From Dehalococcoidia bacterium (GTDB taxonomy: Bacteria; Chloroflexota; Dehalococcoidia; UBA2979), in contig CAXXDN010000002.1 in assembly GCA_963667465.2 (NCBI GenBank), positions 768,001-832,000 on the forward strand: 64,000 nucleotides of DNA, read 5' to 3'. Made by a program: the position numbers and the translations under genes. The notes beneath the pieces were generated by a model. That model searched no databases. It saw only the letters and a list, made by a program, of their open reading frames with translations, and was not told where the DNA came from. Shown here one piece after another: positions 1 through 15,000 of the stretch. The number at the start of each line of letters is the position of its first letter. Positions within the stretch are counted from its first letter, which is position 1.

Positions 1-3000
1 CGGTGGGAGTGGAATCGTCGTCGGTGATGGTCACCGTCGCATCGGAGACGGTGAGGCCGGTGGCGGCGCCGTGCAGCGTGAGCGTCTCCGGGCCCTCCGG
101 CAGCGCGTCATTCGCGGGCGTCAGCGTGAAGGTTGCCTGACCGCTGCGCTGCCCCGCCGTGATGGGCACGGTCACCGGGCCGGCAGCCGTGTAATCGGTG
201 CCTGAGACGGCAGTGTCACCCGACTGACCGACGGTGACCGTCACCGCGGCATCCGTGGCGAGGGTTCCGGGCCCGACGAAGGCCGCGGTGAGGGTGAGCG
301 TCGTGGCGCCCGCGTTCTCCGCCACGCTCTCCGGGCTGACGCTCAGCATCACGGCGGTGGGAGGGCTGACCTCGCTCGTGTCGCGGATCAGGAGGGTGTG
401 CTGCCCCGCGGACCGGTCGATGGTGACGTGCTGCCCCACGACGTTCGCCAGGCTGACCAGGAGGGTCTCGGTCCCTTCTGGTATCCCGTCGGCGACGGTC
501 GGGATCGCGACCTCGGCAGTCTGGCCTCCTGCCGGGATGGTGAGGGTCGCGGGCAGGGCTGTGAAGTCCTCGCCTGCCCGAGCTGTTCCGCTGACGGCGA
601 GGTCAACGGTCACGTCATCCTGGTGGGGCTTCTGCATGCGCAGGCGGAACAGGCTCTGCTCGCCCTCTTCCACCTCGGCGTACGTCGGCCGCAGGTACAG
701 GACGCTGCGGTCATCATCGGTCAGGGTCACCACGGTGGGAGAGCCTGCCCGCACCCGCCCGCTCACCACAAGCAGCGATATGACGACCTCTTCGTCCGGC
801 TCCACGACGTTGTTGTCGACGGGGAGGATGCGGATCAGTCGCCTCGTGTCGCCAGCTGCGAAGGTCAGTTCTCCCGTGCTGATCCACCCGTCCGGACCGT
901 CAGACCGGGTGATGATGTCGCCGTCCATGCCGACCACCGAGTTGGGAGCGTGCAGCAGGTACCGCACCTCTGCCGTCGTCGCGAGGGCTGAGCTCAGGCG
1001 GACCCCGATGTCCAGCTGTCCGTCCTCGTTGAGGCTGTAGGCCGCGCGCTCGAAGGTGACGGTTGAGTCCGGCGGTCCTGTCAGGTCGTCATCGCCGATG
1101 GTCAGGTCTTCCGGATCCGGATCCTGGACCTGCGTGGTGCCCGTCACGGTCGCCGAGACCTCCACTGTCTTGCCCGGGCCGACCTCGTCGTCGTCGACGG
1201 CTGTGATGGTGACGAAGCCCCTGCTCTCGAGGGCTCCCGCCTTGACGGTCAACACCCGGTTCGTGCTGATCCTGAAGTCCGACGCAGTCGCGTTCGTTGA
1301 CGGAGCCACAGCGACGGTGAACGTGACGTCGGCGGTCACAGGCTCACTCAACCGGGCCGTGACGAAAGTCGCGCCCCTGTCCCCACCGCCCTCGGAGATG
1401 GTGGCGGGGCTCAGCACCAGCGACGACGGCACACCCGGCTGCCCGTCGTTGTCCTGAATGGTCCCGGATGCCTGCTGCGCAGGCGGCGGACTCTGGCGAG
1501 GGAGCCGCGATCGCACCCGCGGCGAGGAAGTGCTCAGGGTCACGGTAATGGTTTCGTCTCCTTCGACCACCGTGTCGCCGAGGATCGGAATGACGATGTT
1601 CCCTTGCTGGCTCCCGGCGGGAATGGTGATCGACAGCGGATCCGGAGCGGTGTAGTCGCTGCCCGCGGTTGCTGTCCCACCCAGCGTGTAGGAGACAGTG
1701 ACGCTCTTCCCGCTCACGTTGCTCAATCTGACCACAAAAGTCATGTCCGCGATCTCCTGGGGGCTATCCCCCTCCATCACGGCTATCGCATCGGCCACGG
1801 AGGCCGTCGGCGCGGCGTCGTCATCGTTGATGGTGACTTCGGCATCGGCGATCGTCAGGCCGCTCGCCGTGGCGTGCACCGTCAGCTTCTCGTCGTCCTC
1901 GTCGAGGGTGTCCTGCCTCGGCGCCAGGCTGAAGGTCCCCTGCCCGCTGCTCTGGCCCGCCGTGATCGTGATGTTGAAGCCGCTGACGCCGGTGTAGTCC
2001 GTGCCTGACTCCGCCGCGTCGCCGTCCTTGCCGACCTTCACCGTCACTGTCGTGTCGGCATCGAACGTCGTCGTGCCGCCGAGGGTCGCCGTGACCGTCA
2101 CCGTCGTCGCGCCGGCGCCCTCGGCCACGCTCGAGGGGCTCACCGACAGCGAGGCCGTCGTCGGGGCCGTGTCGTCATCGGTGATGGTGCCGGTGGCCGT
2201 CGACGAGGAGCCGAGCGTGGTGTTCGTCGGCGAGGCGAGCGTGACCGTGAAGGTCTCGTCGCTCTCGGCGATGGTGTCCTCTGTCGTCTGCACCTCGATG
2301 GTGCCGGTCCTGGAGCCGGCGGCGATGGTCAGCGTCTGGGCCGTCGTCTGGGCGGTGTAGTCCGTGTCCGCCGTCGCCTGGTTCGCGCCGTCCGCGCCGT
2401 CGTCGCCGGTCGTCCACTGCACGGTGACCTCGCGGCCTGAAACCGCGCCCAGCGTGACGGTGAACTCCGCCTTCCCGCCTTCCGCCACCGAGGCGTCAGC
2501 GATGGTCAGCTCGGGCAGCGCATCGTCGTCGGTGATCGTGACCTCGGCGTCGGCGATCGTCAGGCCGCTCGCCGTGGCGTGCACCGTCAGCTTCTCGTCG
2601 TCCTCGTCGAGGGTGTCCTGCTTCGGCGCCAGGCTGAAGGTCTGCTGACCGCTGGACTCGCCCGCTGTGATCGTGATGTTGAAGCCGCTGACGCCCGTGT
2701 AGTCCGTGTCCGAGACGGCGGTATCGCCGTCCTTGCCAACCTTCACCGCCACCGTCGTGTCGGCATCGAACGTGACGGAGCCCGCGAGGGTTGCCGTGAC
2801 CGTCACCGTCGTCGCGCCGGCGCCCTCGGCCACGCTCGAGGGGCTCACCGACAGCGAGGCCGTCGTCGGGGCGTCGTCGTCATCGGTAATCGTCAGCGTC
2901 ACCGCCTGCGGGTTCGCCACTCCGCCGCCCGAGGCTGCGCCGGATACCGTCACCGTCGCGTTGGGGGCGTCAACGTCGTTGTCCACCGCCGTCAGCGTCA

Positions 3001-6000
3001 CCGCGCCCGTGCTGGTCTTTGCGCCCGCCGCGATCGTCAGCGTCTTGTTGGTGGTGAGCGTCACCGGCGAGCCGTTCGGTACCGATACCTCGACCGTCAC
3101 CTGCTCACTCGACGCCACGGACAGCGTCGCCGTCACCGTGCTCGCGTTGTCGTCGCCGCTCTCGTCGATCGTCGCTGGGCCCAGCACCAGGCTCACGGTC
3201 GGCGTGCCCTCGTCGTCGGTGATGGTCAGCGTCACGTCCGATGGGTCCGCCACTCCGCCGCCCGAGGCTGCGCCCGACACCAACACCGTCGCGTTGGGGG
3301 CGTCGACGTCGTTGTCGACCGCCGTCAGCGTCACCGTGCCCGCGCTGGTCTTTGCGCCCGCCGCGATCGTCAGCGTCTTGTTGGCGCTGAGCGTCACCGG
3401 CGACTGAGCCGGGACCGACACCTCGAGCGTCACCTGCTCACTCGACGCCACGGACAGCGTCGCCGTCACCGTGCTCGCGTTGCCATTGCCGTTCTCATTG
3501 ATCGTCGTCGGACTCAGCGACAACGTCACAGTCGGCGTCGCCTCGTCATCGGTGATGGTGCCGGTGGCGGTCGACGTGCCGAGCGTGGCGTTCGTCGGCG
3601 AGGCGAGCGTGACCGCGAACGTCTCGGCGTCCTCGGCGATGCTGTCCTCTGTCGTCTGCACCTCGATCGTGCCGGTGGCGGAGCCGGCGGCGATGGTCAG
3701 CGTCTGGGCCGTCGTCTGGGCGGTGTAGTCCGTGTCCGCCGTCGCCTGGTTCGCGCCCTCCGCGCCGTCGTCCCCGGTCGTCCATTGCACGGTGACATCG
3801 CGGCCCGAGACCGCGCCCAGCGAGACGGTGAACTGCGCCTTCCCACCCTCCGCCACCGAGGCGTCGGCGATGCTGACCGTCGGCAGCGCGTCGTCGTCGG
3901 TGATGCTGACCTCGGCGTCGGCGATCGTCAGGCCCGTCGCGGTGGCGTGCACCGTCAGCTTCTCGTCGTCCTCGTCGAGGGTGTCCTGCTTCGGCGCCAG
4001 GCTGAAGGTCCCCTGCCCGCTCTTCTGGCCGGCCGTGATTGTCAGTGTCACATCGGACACTGCCGTGTAGTCCGTGCCCGACTCGGCCGCGTCGCCGTCC
4101 TTGCCGACCTTCACCGTCACTGTCGTGTCGGCATCGAACGTCGTCGTGCCGCCGAGGGTCGCCGTGACCGTCACCGTCGTCGCGGTGTCCTCTTCGCCCA
4201 CGCTCGACGGGCTCACCGACAGCGAGGCCGTCGTCGGGGCCGTGTCGTCGTCGGTGATGGTCAGCGTCACCGGCGACGGGTCGGAGACTCCGCCGCCCGA
4301 GGCTGCGCCCGACACCGACACCGTCGCGTTGGGGGCGTCGACATCGTTGTCGACCGCCGTCAGCGTCACCGTCCCCGTGCTGGTCGTCGCCTCAGCCGCG
4401 ATCGTCAGCGTCTTGTTGGCGCTGAGTGTCACCGGCGCGCCGTTCGGCACCGCTACCTCGATCGTGACGGCCCTGTCCGACTTGCCCGACAGCGTCGCCG
4501 TCACCGTGCTCGCGTTGTCGTCGCCGCTCTCATCGATCGTCGTCGGACTCAGCGACAGGGTCACGGTCGGCGTGCCCTCGTCGTCGGTGATGGTCAGCGT
4601 CACGTCCGATGGGTCCGCCACTCCGCCGCCCGAGGCTGCGCCGGACACCGACACCGTCGCGTTGGGGGCGTCGACGTCGTTGTCCACCGCCGTCAGCGTC
4701 ACCGTGCCCGTGCTGGTCTTTGCGCCCGCCGCGATCGTCAGCGTCTTGTTGGCGCTGAGCGTCACCGGCGAGCCGTCCGGCGCCGATACCTCGACCGTCA
4801 CCTGCTCACTCGACTCGCCCGACAACGTCGCCGTCACCGTGCTCGCGTTGTCGTCGCCGCTCTCGTCGATCGTTGAGGGAGTCAGCACCAGGGTCGCGGT
4901 CGGCGTGCCCTCGTCGTCGGTGATCGTCAGCGTCACGTCCGATGGGTTGGAGACGCCGCCGCCTGAGGCTGTGCCCGACACCGACACCGTCGCGTTGGGG
5001 GCGTCGACGTCGTTGTCGACCGCCGTCAGCGTCACCGTCCCCGCGCTGGTCGTTGTGCCCGCCGCGATCGTCAGCGTCTTGTTGGTGCTGAGCGTCACCG
5101 GCGAGCCGTTCGGCACCGACACCTCGATCGTGACGGCCCTGTCCGACTTGCCCGACAGCGTCGCCGTGACCGTGCTCGCGTTGCCATTGCCGCTCTCATT
5201 GATCGTCGCTGAGCTCAGCGCCAGGGTCGCGACCGGCGTGGCCTCGTCGTCGGTCACCGTCACCGCCACGCTGCCCACCGACTCGCCGTCGTAGTCGTTG
5301 CCACTCGAGCTCACCGTGTGCGTGATGCTCGTCTTGCGCTGGTCGCCCGTGTTGTCCAGGTCGTCGTCGACCGCCGTCACCGTCACCAGCTGCGCGTCCC
5401 ACTCAGACGGCGTGAACGTCAGCGTCTCCGCGCTCACCGTCGCCACTGTCGTGTCCGCGCTCGCAACCGTGATCGTCACCGTGCCCGTCGGCTTCGACGC
5501 CAACGACACCTCGTAGGTCGCCACGTCCTCCGCCACGTCCGCCGTCGCGTCCTTGTCCACCTCGTGGACCGTCAGCCCGCCGGCCGGCACCGCCACGCCC
5601 GCCGGGTTCGTCAGCGTCACGCCGCGCTCGTCGTCGTCGCTGATCGTGCCGCTCGCCGTCTTCGTCGTGCCGAGCGTTGCATTGGCGGGGCTCGTCAGCG
5701 TGACCGTGACGGTCTCGTTCGGCTCGTCCAGTTCGTCGCCCAGGACGGGGATGCTGATGGAGCCGGCCTCGTCGCCCGCATCGATAGTGATGGTCTTCGT
5801 CTCGGGGTCCGTGTAGTCCTCGTCCGCCGTGGCCGTGCCGCCGAGGGTGTAGTCGACACTGACGTCCCGCCCGCTGGCCGCCGACAGCGTGACCGCGAAC
5901 GTCATGTTCGTCGCCGTGCCCGGGTCGTCGCCCTCCGGCACTGCCGTCGCGTCCGCGATGGTGACCGTCGGCAGCGCGTCGTCGTCGGTGATCGTGACCT

Positions 6001-9000
6001 CGGCGTCGGAGATGGTCAGGTCGGTCGCCGTCGCGTGCACCGTCAGCTTCTCGTCGTCCTCGTCGAGGGTGTCCTGCTTCGGCGTCAGGCTGAAGGTCTG
6101 CTCACCGCTCTTCTGGCCCGCCGAGATCGTCAGCGTCACATCGGACACTGCCGTGTAGTCCGTGTCCGAGACGGCGGTATCGCCGTCCTTGCCGACCTTC
6201 ACCGCCACCGTCGTGTCGGTGGCGAAGGTGATGGCCTTCGTGATGGTGGTCTCTGTCGGCGGGTCGACCGTTGTGTCCCGTACGACCTCCGTGATCGCAT
6301 CGAGGGTCGCCGTGACCGTCACCGTCGTGGCGCCGGCGCCCTCCGCCACGCTCGAGGGGCTCACCGACAGCGAGGCCGTCGTCGGGGCCGTGTCGTCGTC
6401 GGTGATGGTGCCGGTGGCGGTCTTCGGCGTGCCGAGCGTCGCGTTCGTCGGCGAGGCGAGCGTGACCGCGAACGTCTCGGCGTCCTCGGCGATGCTGTCC
6501 TCGGTCGTCTGCACCTCGATGGTGCCGGTCCTGGAGCCGGCGGCGATGGTCAGCGTCTGGGCCGTCGTCTGGGCGGTGTAGTCCGTGTCCGCCGTCGCCT
6601 GCTTCGCGCCCTCCGCGCCGTCGTCGCCGGTCGTCCACTGCACCGTCACATCGCGGCCCGAAACCGCGCCCAGCGTGACGGTGAACTCCGCCTTCCCGCC
6701 TTCCGCCACCGAAGCGTCGGCGATCGTCAGCTCGGGCAACGCGTCGTCGTCGGTGATCGTGACCTCGGCGACGGCGATGGTCAGGTCCGTCGCCGTCGCG
6801 TGCACCGTCAGCTTCTCGTCGGCCTCGTCGAGGGTGTCCTGCAGCGGCGCCAGGCTGAAGGTCCCCTGCCCGCTGCTCTGGCCGGCCGTGATTGTCAGCG
6901 TCACATCGGACACTGCCGTGTAGTCCGTGTCCGAGACGGCGGTATCGCCGGCCTTGCCAACCTTCACCGTCACCGTCGTGTCGGCATTGAACGTGACGGA
7001 GCCAGCGAGGGTCGCCGTGACCGTCACCGTCGTCGCGCCGGCGCCCTCGGCCACACTTGTCGGGTTCACCGACAGCGAGGCCGTCGTCGGGGCCGTGTCG
7101 TCGTCGATGATGGTGCCGGTGGCGGTCGACGTGCCGAGCGTGGCGTTGGTCGGCGAGGCGAGCGTGACCGTGAAGGTCTCGGCGCCCTCGGCGACGGTGT
7201 CCTCCGTCGTCTGCACTTCGATCGTGCCGGTGGCGGAGCCGGCGGCAATGGTCAGCGTCGCGGCGCTGCTCTGGGCGGTGTAGTCCGTGTCCGCCGTCGC
7301 CTGCTTCGCGCCCTCCGCGCCGTCGTCGCCCGTCGTCCACTGCACCGTCACATCGCGGCCCGAAACCGCGCCCAGCGTGACGGTGAACTCCGCCTTCCCG
7401 CCCTCCGCCACCGAGGCGTCGGCGATGGTCAGCTCCGGCTCCGTGTCGTCGTCGGTGATCGTGACCTCGGCGTCGGCGATCGTCAGGCCCTCCGCCGTGG
7501 CGTGCACCGTCAGCTTCTCGTCGGCCTCGTCGAGGGTGTCCTGCAGCGGCGCCAGGCTGAACGTCTTCTCACCGCTGGACTCGCCCGCGGTGATCGTGAT
7601 GCTGAAGTCGCTCACGCCCGTGTAGTCCGTGTCCGAGACAGCCGTGTCACCGCCCTTGCCGACCTTCACTGTCACCGTCTTGTTGGCATTGAACGTGACC
7701 GAGCCCGCGAGGGTCGCCGTGACCGTCACCGTCGTCGCGCCGGCGCCCTCGGCCACGCTCGAGGGGTTCACCGACAGCGAGGCCGTCGTCGGGGCGGTGT
7801 CGTCGTCGGTGATGGTCAGCGTCACCGGCGACGGGTTCGCCACTCCGCCGCCCGAGGCTGCGCCGGACACCGACACCGTCGCGTTGGGGGCGTCGACGGC
7901 GTTGTCCACCGCCGTCAGCGTCACCGTGCCCGCGCTGGTCGTTGTGCCCGCCGCGATCGTCAGCGTCTTGTTGGTGCTGAGCGTCACCGGCGAGCCGTTC
8001 GGCACCGACACCTCGATCGTGACGGCCCTGTCCGACTTGCCCGACAGCGTCGCCGTGACCGTGCTCTCGTTGTCGTCGCCGCTCTCGTCGATCGTCGCTG
8101 GGCCCAGCACCAGGCTCACGGTCGGCGTGCCCTCGTCGTCGGTGATGGTCAGCGTCACCGGCGACGGGTTCGCCACTCCGCCGCCCGAGGCCACGCCCGA
8201 CACCGACACCGTCGCGTTGGGGGCGTCGACGGCGTTGTCGACCGCCGTCAGCGTCACCGTGCCTGTGCTGGTCTTTGCGCCCGCCGCGATCGTCAGCGTC
8301 TTGTTGGCGCCGAACGTCACCGGCGAGCCGTTCGGCACCGATACCTCGACCGTCACCTGCTCACTCGACGCCACGGACAGCGTCGCCGTCACCGTGCTCG
8401 CGTTGTCGTCGCCGCTCTCATCGATCGTCGCTGGGCTCACCGACAGGCTCACGGTCGGCGTGCCCTCGTCATCGGTGATGGTCAGCGTCACCGGCGACGG
8501 GTGCGCCACTCCGCCGCCCGAGGCCACGCCCGACACCGACACCGTCGCGTTGGGGGCGTCGACGTCGTTGTCGACCGCCGTCAGCGTCACCGTCCCCGTG
8601 CTGGTCGTCGCGCCCGCCGCGATCGTCAGCGTCGTGTTGGCGCTGAGCGTCACCGGCGAGCCGTTCGGCACCGACACCTCGATCGTGACGGCCCTGTCCG
8701 ACTTGCCCGACAGCGTCGCCGTCACCGTGCTCTCGTTCGTCGCTCCGCTCTCGCCGATGGTTGAGGGAGTCAGCGACAGGGTCGCGGTCGGCGTGGCCTC
8801 GTCGTCGGTCACCGTCACCGCCACGCTGCCCACCGATTCGTCTTCGTAGTCGTTGCCGCGCGAGGTCACGGTGTGCGTGATGCTCGTCTTGCGCTGGTCG
8901 CCCGTGTTGTCCACGTCGTCGTCGACCGCCGTCACGGTCACCGTCTGCGCGTCCCACTCAGACGGCGTGAACGTCAGCGTCTCCGCGCTCACCGTCGCCA

Positions 9001-12000
9001 CTGTCGTGTCCGCGCTCGCAACCGTGATCGTCACCGTGCCCGTCGGCTTCGACGCCAACGACACCTCGTAGGTCGCCACGTGCTCTGCCACGTCCTCGGT
9101 CGCGGTCTTGTCCACCTCGTGGACCGTCAGCCCGCCGGCCGGCACCGCAACGCCCGCCGTGTTTGTCAGCGTCACGCCGCGCTCGTCGTCGTCGGTGATG
9201 GTGCCGCTCGCCGTCTTCGTCGTGCCGAGCGTTGCGTTGGTCGGCGAGGCGAGCGTGACGGTGACCGTCTCGTTCGGCTCGTCCAGTTCGTCACCCAGGA
9301 CGGGGATCACGATGCTGCCCGTGGCCGAGCCTGCCGCGATGGTGATGGTCTTCGTCTCGGGGTCCGTGTAGTCCTCGTCCGCCGTGGCCGTGCCGCCGAG
9401 GGTGTAGTCGACACTGACGTCCCGCCCGCTGGCCGCCGACAGCGTGACCGCGAACGTCATGTTCGTCGCCGTGCTCGGGTCGTCGCCCTCCGGCACTGCC
9501 GTCGCGTCCGCGATGGTGACCGTCGGCAGCGCGTCGTCGTCGGTGATCGTGACCTCGGCGTCGGAGATCGTCAGGCCCGTCGCCGTCGCGTGCACCGTCA
9601 GCTTCTCGTCGTCCTCGTCGAGGGTGTCCTGCCTCGGCGCCAGGCTGAAGGTCCCCTGCCCGCTGCTCTGGCCCGCCGTGATCGTGATGTTGAAGCCGCT
9701 GACGCCGGTGTAGTCCGTGCCCGAGCTGGCGGTGTCGCCGTCCTTGCCGACCTTCACCGCCACGGTCGTGTCGGCATTGAACGTGACGGAGCCCGCGAGG
9801 GTCGCCGTGACCGTCACTGTCGTCGCGGCGGCGCCCTCCGCCACGCTCGACGGACTCACCGACAGCGACGCCGTCGTCGATGCCGTGTCGTCGTCGGTGA
9901 TGGTGCCGGTCGCCGTCGACGTGCCAATCGTGGCGTTCGTCGGCGAGGCGAGCGTGACCGTGAACGTCTCGTCGTCCTCGGCGATGCTGTCCTCGGTCGT
10001 CTGCACCTCGATCGTGCCGGTGGCGGAGCCCGCGGCGATGGTCAGCGTCGCGGCGCTGCTCTGGGCGGTGTAGTCCGTGTCCGCCGTCGCCTGGTTCGCG
10101 CCCTGCGCGCCGTCGTCGCCCGTCGTCCACTGCACGGTGACGTCGCGGCCCGAGACCGCGCCCAGCGTCACCCTGAACTGCGCCTTGCCACCCTCGGCCA
10201 CCGAGGCGTCAGCGATGGTCAGCTCCGGCAGCGCATCGTCGTCGGTGATCGTGACCTCGGCGTCGGCGATCGTCAGGCCGCTCGCCGTGGCGTGCACCGT
10301 CAGCTTCTCGTCGTCCTCGTCGAGGGTGTCCTGCCTCGGCGCCAGGCTGAACGTCTTCTGCCCGCTGGACTCGCCCGCTGTGATCGTGATGTTGAAGCCG
10401 CTGACGCCCGTGTAGTCCGTGTCCGAGACGGCGGTATCGCCGTCCTTGCCAACCTTCACCGCCACCGTCGTGTCGGCATCGAACGTGACGGAGCCCGCGA
10501 GGGTCGCCGTGACCGTCACCGTCGTCGCGCCGGCGCCCTCGGCCACGCTCGAGGGGCTCACCGACAGCGAGGCCGTCGTCGGGGCGTCGTCGTCATCGGT
10601 AATCGTCAGCGTCACCGGCGATGGGCTGGAGACTCCGCCGCCCGAGGCTGCGCCCGACACCGTCACCGTCGCGTTGGGGGCGGCGACGTCGTTATCCACC
10701 GCCGTCAGCGTCACCGCGCCCGTGCTGGTCGTCGCGCCCGCCGCGATCGTCAGCGTCTTGTTGGTGCTGAGCGTCACCGGCGAGCCGTTCGGCACCGACA
10801 CCTCGATCGTGACGGCCCTGTCCGACTTGCCCGACAGCGTCGCCGTGACCGTGCTCTCGTTGTCGTCGCCGCTCTCGTCGATCGTCGTCGGAGTCAGCGA
10901 CAGGCTCACGGTCGGCGTGCCCTCGTCGTCGGTGATGGTTAGCGTCACCGGCGACGGGTCGGAGACTCCGCCGCCCGACGCCGCGCCGGACACCGACACC
11001 GTCGCGTTGGGGGCGTCGACGTCGTTGTCCACCGCCGTCAGCGTCACCGTGCCCGTGCTGGTCTTTGCGCCCGCCGCGATCGTCAGCGTCTTGTTGGCGC
11101 TGAGCGTCACCGGCGAGCCGTCCGGCGCCGATACCTCGACCGTCACCTGCTCACTCGACTCGCCCGACAACGTCGCCGTCACCGTGCTCGCGTTGTCGTC
11201 GCCGCTCTCGTCGATCGTTGAGGGAGTCAGCACCAGGGTCGCGGTCGGCGTGCCCTCGTCGTCGGTGATCGTCAGCGTCACGTCCGATGGGTTGGAGACG
11301 CCGCCGCCTGAGGCTGTGCCCGACACCGACACCGTCGCGTTGGGGGCGTCGACGTCGTTGTCGACCGCCGTCAGCGTCACCGTGCCCGCGCTGGTCGTTG
11401 TGCCCGCCGCGATCGTCAGCGTCTTGTTGGTGCTGAGCGTCACCGGCGAGCCGTTCGGCACCGACACCTCGATCGTGACGGCCCTGTCCGACTTGCCCGA
11501 CAGCGTCGCCGTGACCGTGCTCGCGTTGCCATTGCCGCTCTCATTGATCGTCGCTGGGCTCAGCACCAGGGTCGCGGTCGGCGTGGCCTCGTCGTCGGTC
11601 ACCGTCACCGCCACGCTGCCCACCGACTCGCCGTCGTAGTCGTTGCCACTCGAGCTCACCGTGTGCGTGATGCTCGTCTTGCGCTGGTCGCCCGTGTTGT
11701 CCAGGTCGTCGTCGACCGCCGTCACCGTCACCAGCTGCGCGTCCCACTCAGACGGCGTGAACGTCAGCGTCTCCGCGCTCACCGTCGCCACTGTCGTGTC
11801 CGCGCTCGCAACCGTGATCGTCACCGTGCCCGTCGGCTTCGACGCCAACGACACCTCGTAGGTCGCCACGTCCTCCGCCACGTCCGCCGTCGCGTCCTTG
11901 TCCACCTCGTGGACCGTCAGCCCGCCGGCCGGCACCGCCACGCCCGCCGGGTTCGTCAGCGTCACGCCGCGCTCGTCGTCGTCGCTGATCGTGCCGCTCG

Positions 12001-15000
12001 CCGTCTTCGTCGTGCCGAGCGTTGCATTGGCGGGGCTCGTCAGCGTGACCGTGACGGTCTCGTTCGGCTCGTCCAGTTCGTCGCCCAGGACGGGGATGCT
12101 GATGGAGCCGGCCTCGTCGCCCGCATCGATAGTGATGGTCTTCGTCTCGGGGTCCGTGTAGTCCTCGTCCGCCGTGGCCGTGCCGCCGAGGGTGTAGTCG
12201 ACACTGACGTCCCGCCCGCTGGCCGCCGACAGCGTGACCGCGAACGTCATGTTCGTCGCCGTGCCCGGGTCGTCGCCCTCCGGCACTGCCGTCGCGTCCG
12301 CGATGGTGACCGTCGGCAGCGCGTCGTCGTCGGTGATCGTGACCTCGGCGTCGGAGATGGTCAGGTCGGTCGCCGTCGCGTGCACCGTCAGCTTCTCGTC
12401 GTCCTCGTCGAGGGTGTCCTGCTTCGGCGTCAGGCTGAAGGTCTGCTCACCGCTCTTCTGGCCCGCCGAGATCGTCAGCGTCACATCGGACACTGCCGTG
12501 TAGTCCGTGTCCGAGACGGCGGTATCGCCGTCCTTGCCGACCTTCACCGCCACCGTCGTGTCGGTGGCGAAGGTGATGGCCTTCGTGATGGTGGTCTCTG
12601 TCGGCGGGTCGACCGTTGTGTCCCGTACGACCTCCGTGATCGCATCGAGGGTCGCCGTGACCGTCACCGTCGTGGCGCCGGCGCCCTCCGCCACGCTCGA
12701 GGGGCTCACCGACAGCGAGGCCGTCGTCGGGGCCGTGTCGTCGTCGGTGATGGTGCCGGTGGCGGTCTTCGGCGTGCCGAGCGTCGCGTTCGTCGGCGAG
12801 GCGAGCGTGACCGCGAACGTCTCGGCGTCCTCGGCGATGCTGTCCTCGGTCGTCTGCACCTCGATGGTGCCGGTCCTGGAGCCGGCGGCGATGGTCAGCG
12901 TCTGGGCCGTCGTCTGGGCGGTGTAGTCCGTGTCCGCCGTCGCCTGCTTCGCGCCCTCCGCGCCGTCGTCGCCGGTCGTCCACTGCACCGTCACATCGCG
13001 GCCCGAAACCGCGCCCAGCGTGACGGTGAACTCCGCCTTCCCGCCTTCCGCCACCGAAGCGTCGGCGATCGTCAGCTCGGGCAACGCGTCGTCGTCGGTG
13101 ATCGTGACCTCGGCGACGGCGATGGTCAGGTCCGTCGCCGTCGCGTGCACCGTCAGCTTCTCGTCGGCCTCGTCGAGGGTGTCCTGCTTCGGCGCCAGGC
13201 TGAACGTCCCCTGCCCGCTCTTCTGGCCGGCCGTGATCGTGATGTTGAAGCCGCTGACGCCGGTGTAGTCCGTGCCTGACTCCGCCGCGTCGCCGTCCTT
13301 GCCTACCGTCACTGCCACCGTCGTGTCGGCAGCGAACGTCGTCGAGCCGCCGAGGGTTGCCGTGACCGTCACCGTCGTCGCGCTGTCCTCTTCGCCCACG
13401 CTCGTCGGGCTCACCGACAGCGAGGCCGTCGTCGGGGCGGTGTCGTCATCGGTGATGGTGCCCGTCGCCGTCGACGGGGAGCCGAGCGTGGTGTTCGTCG
13501 GCGAGGCGAGCGTGACCGCGAAGGTCTCGGCGTCCTCGGCGATGCTGTCCTCGGTCGTCTGCACTTCGATGGTGCCGGTCCTGGAGCCGGCGGCGATGGT
13601 CAGCGTCTGGGCCGTCGTCTGGGCGGTGTAGTCCGTGTCCGCCGTCGCCTGGTTCGCGCCCTCCGCGCCGTCGTCCCCGGTCGTCCATTGCACGGTGACG
13701 TCGCGGCCCGAGACCGCGTCCAGCGAGACGGTGAACTGCGCCTTCCCACCCTCCGCCACCGAGGCGTCAGCGATGGTCAGCTCCGGCAGCGCGTCGTCGT
13801 CGGTGATCGTCACCTCGGCATCGGCGATCGTCAGGCCGCTCGCCGTCGCGTGCACCGTCAGCTTCTCGCCGTCTTCGTCGAGGGTGTCCTGCCTCGGCGC
13901 CAGGCTGAACGTTCCCTGCCCGCTCTTCTGGCCCGCCGTGATTGTCAGCGTCACATCGGACACTGCCGTGTAGTCCGTACCCGACTCCGCCGTGTCGCCG
14001 TCCTTGCCGACCTTCACCGTCACCGTCGTGTCGGCAGCGAACGTGACCGAGCCCGCGAGGGTCGCCGTGACCGTCACCGTCGTCGCGGCGGCGCCCTCGG
14101 CCACGCTCGACGGGCTCACCGATAGCGAGGCCGTCGTCGGGGCGTCGTCGTCATCGGTGATCGTCAGCGTCACCGGCGACGGGTGCGCCACTCCGCCGCC
14201 CGAGGCTGCGCCCGACACCGACACCGTCGCGTTGGGGGCGTCGACGTCGTTGTCCACCGCCGTCAGCGTCACCGTGCCTGTGCTGGTCTTTGCGCCCGCC
14301 GCGATCGTCAGCGTCTTGTTGGCGCTGAGCGTCACCGGCGATTGAGCGGGGACCGACACCTCGACCGTCACCTGCTCACTCGACGCCACGGACAGCGTCG
14401 CCGTGACCGTGCTCGCGTTGTCGTCGCCGCTCTCATCGATCGTCGTCGGATTCAGCGACAGGCTCACGGTCGGCGTGCCCTCGTCGTCGGTAATCGTCAG
14501 CGTCACCGGCGATGGGCTGGAGACTCCGCCGCCCGAGGCTGCGCCCGACACCGTCACCGTCGCGTTGGGGGCGTCAACGTCGTTGTCGACCGCCGTCAGC
14601 GTCACCGTGCCCGCGCTGGTCTTTGCGCCCGCTGCGATCGTCAGCGTCTTGTTGGCGCTGAGCGTCACCGGCGACTGAGCCGGGACCGACACCTCGAGCG
14701 TCACCTGCTCACTCGACGCCACGGACAGCGTCGCCGTCACCGTGCTCGCGTTGCCATTGCCGTTCTCATTGATCGTCGTCGGGCTCAGCACCAGGGTCGC
14801 GGTCGGCGTGCCCTCGTCGTCGGTGATCGTCAGCGTCACGGCCGATGGGTCGGAGACTCCGCCGCCCGAGGCTGCGCCCGACACCGACACCGTCGCGTTG
14901 GGGGCGTCGCCGTCGTTGTCCACCGCCGTCAGCGTCACCGCCCCCGTGCTGGTCGTCGCCTCAGCCGCGATCGTCAGCGTCTTGTTGGCGCTGAGCGTCA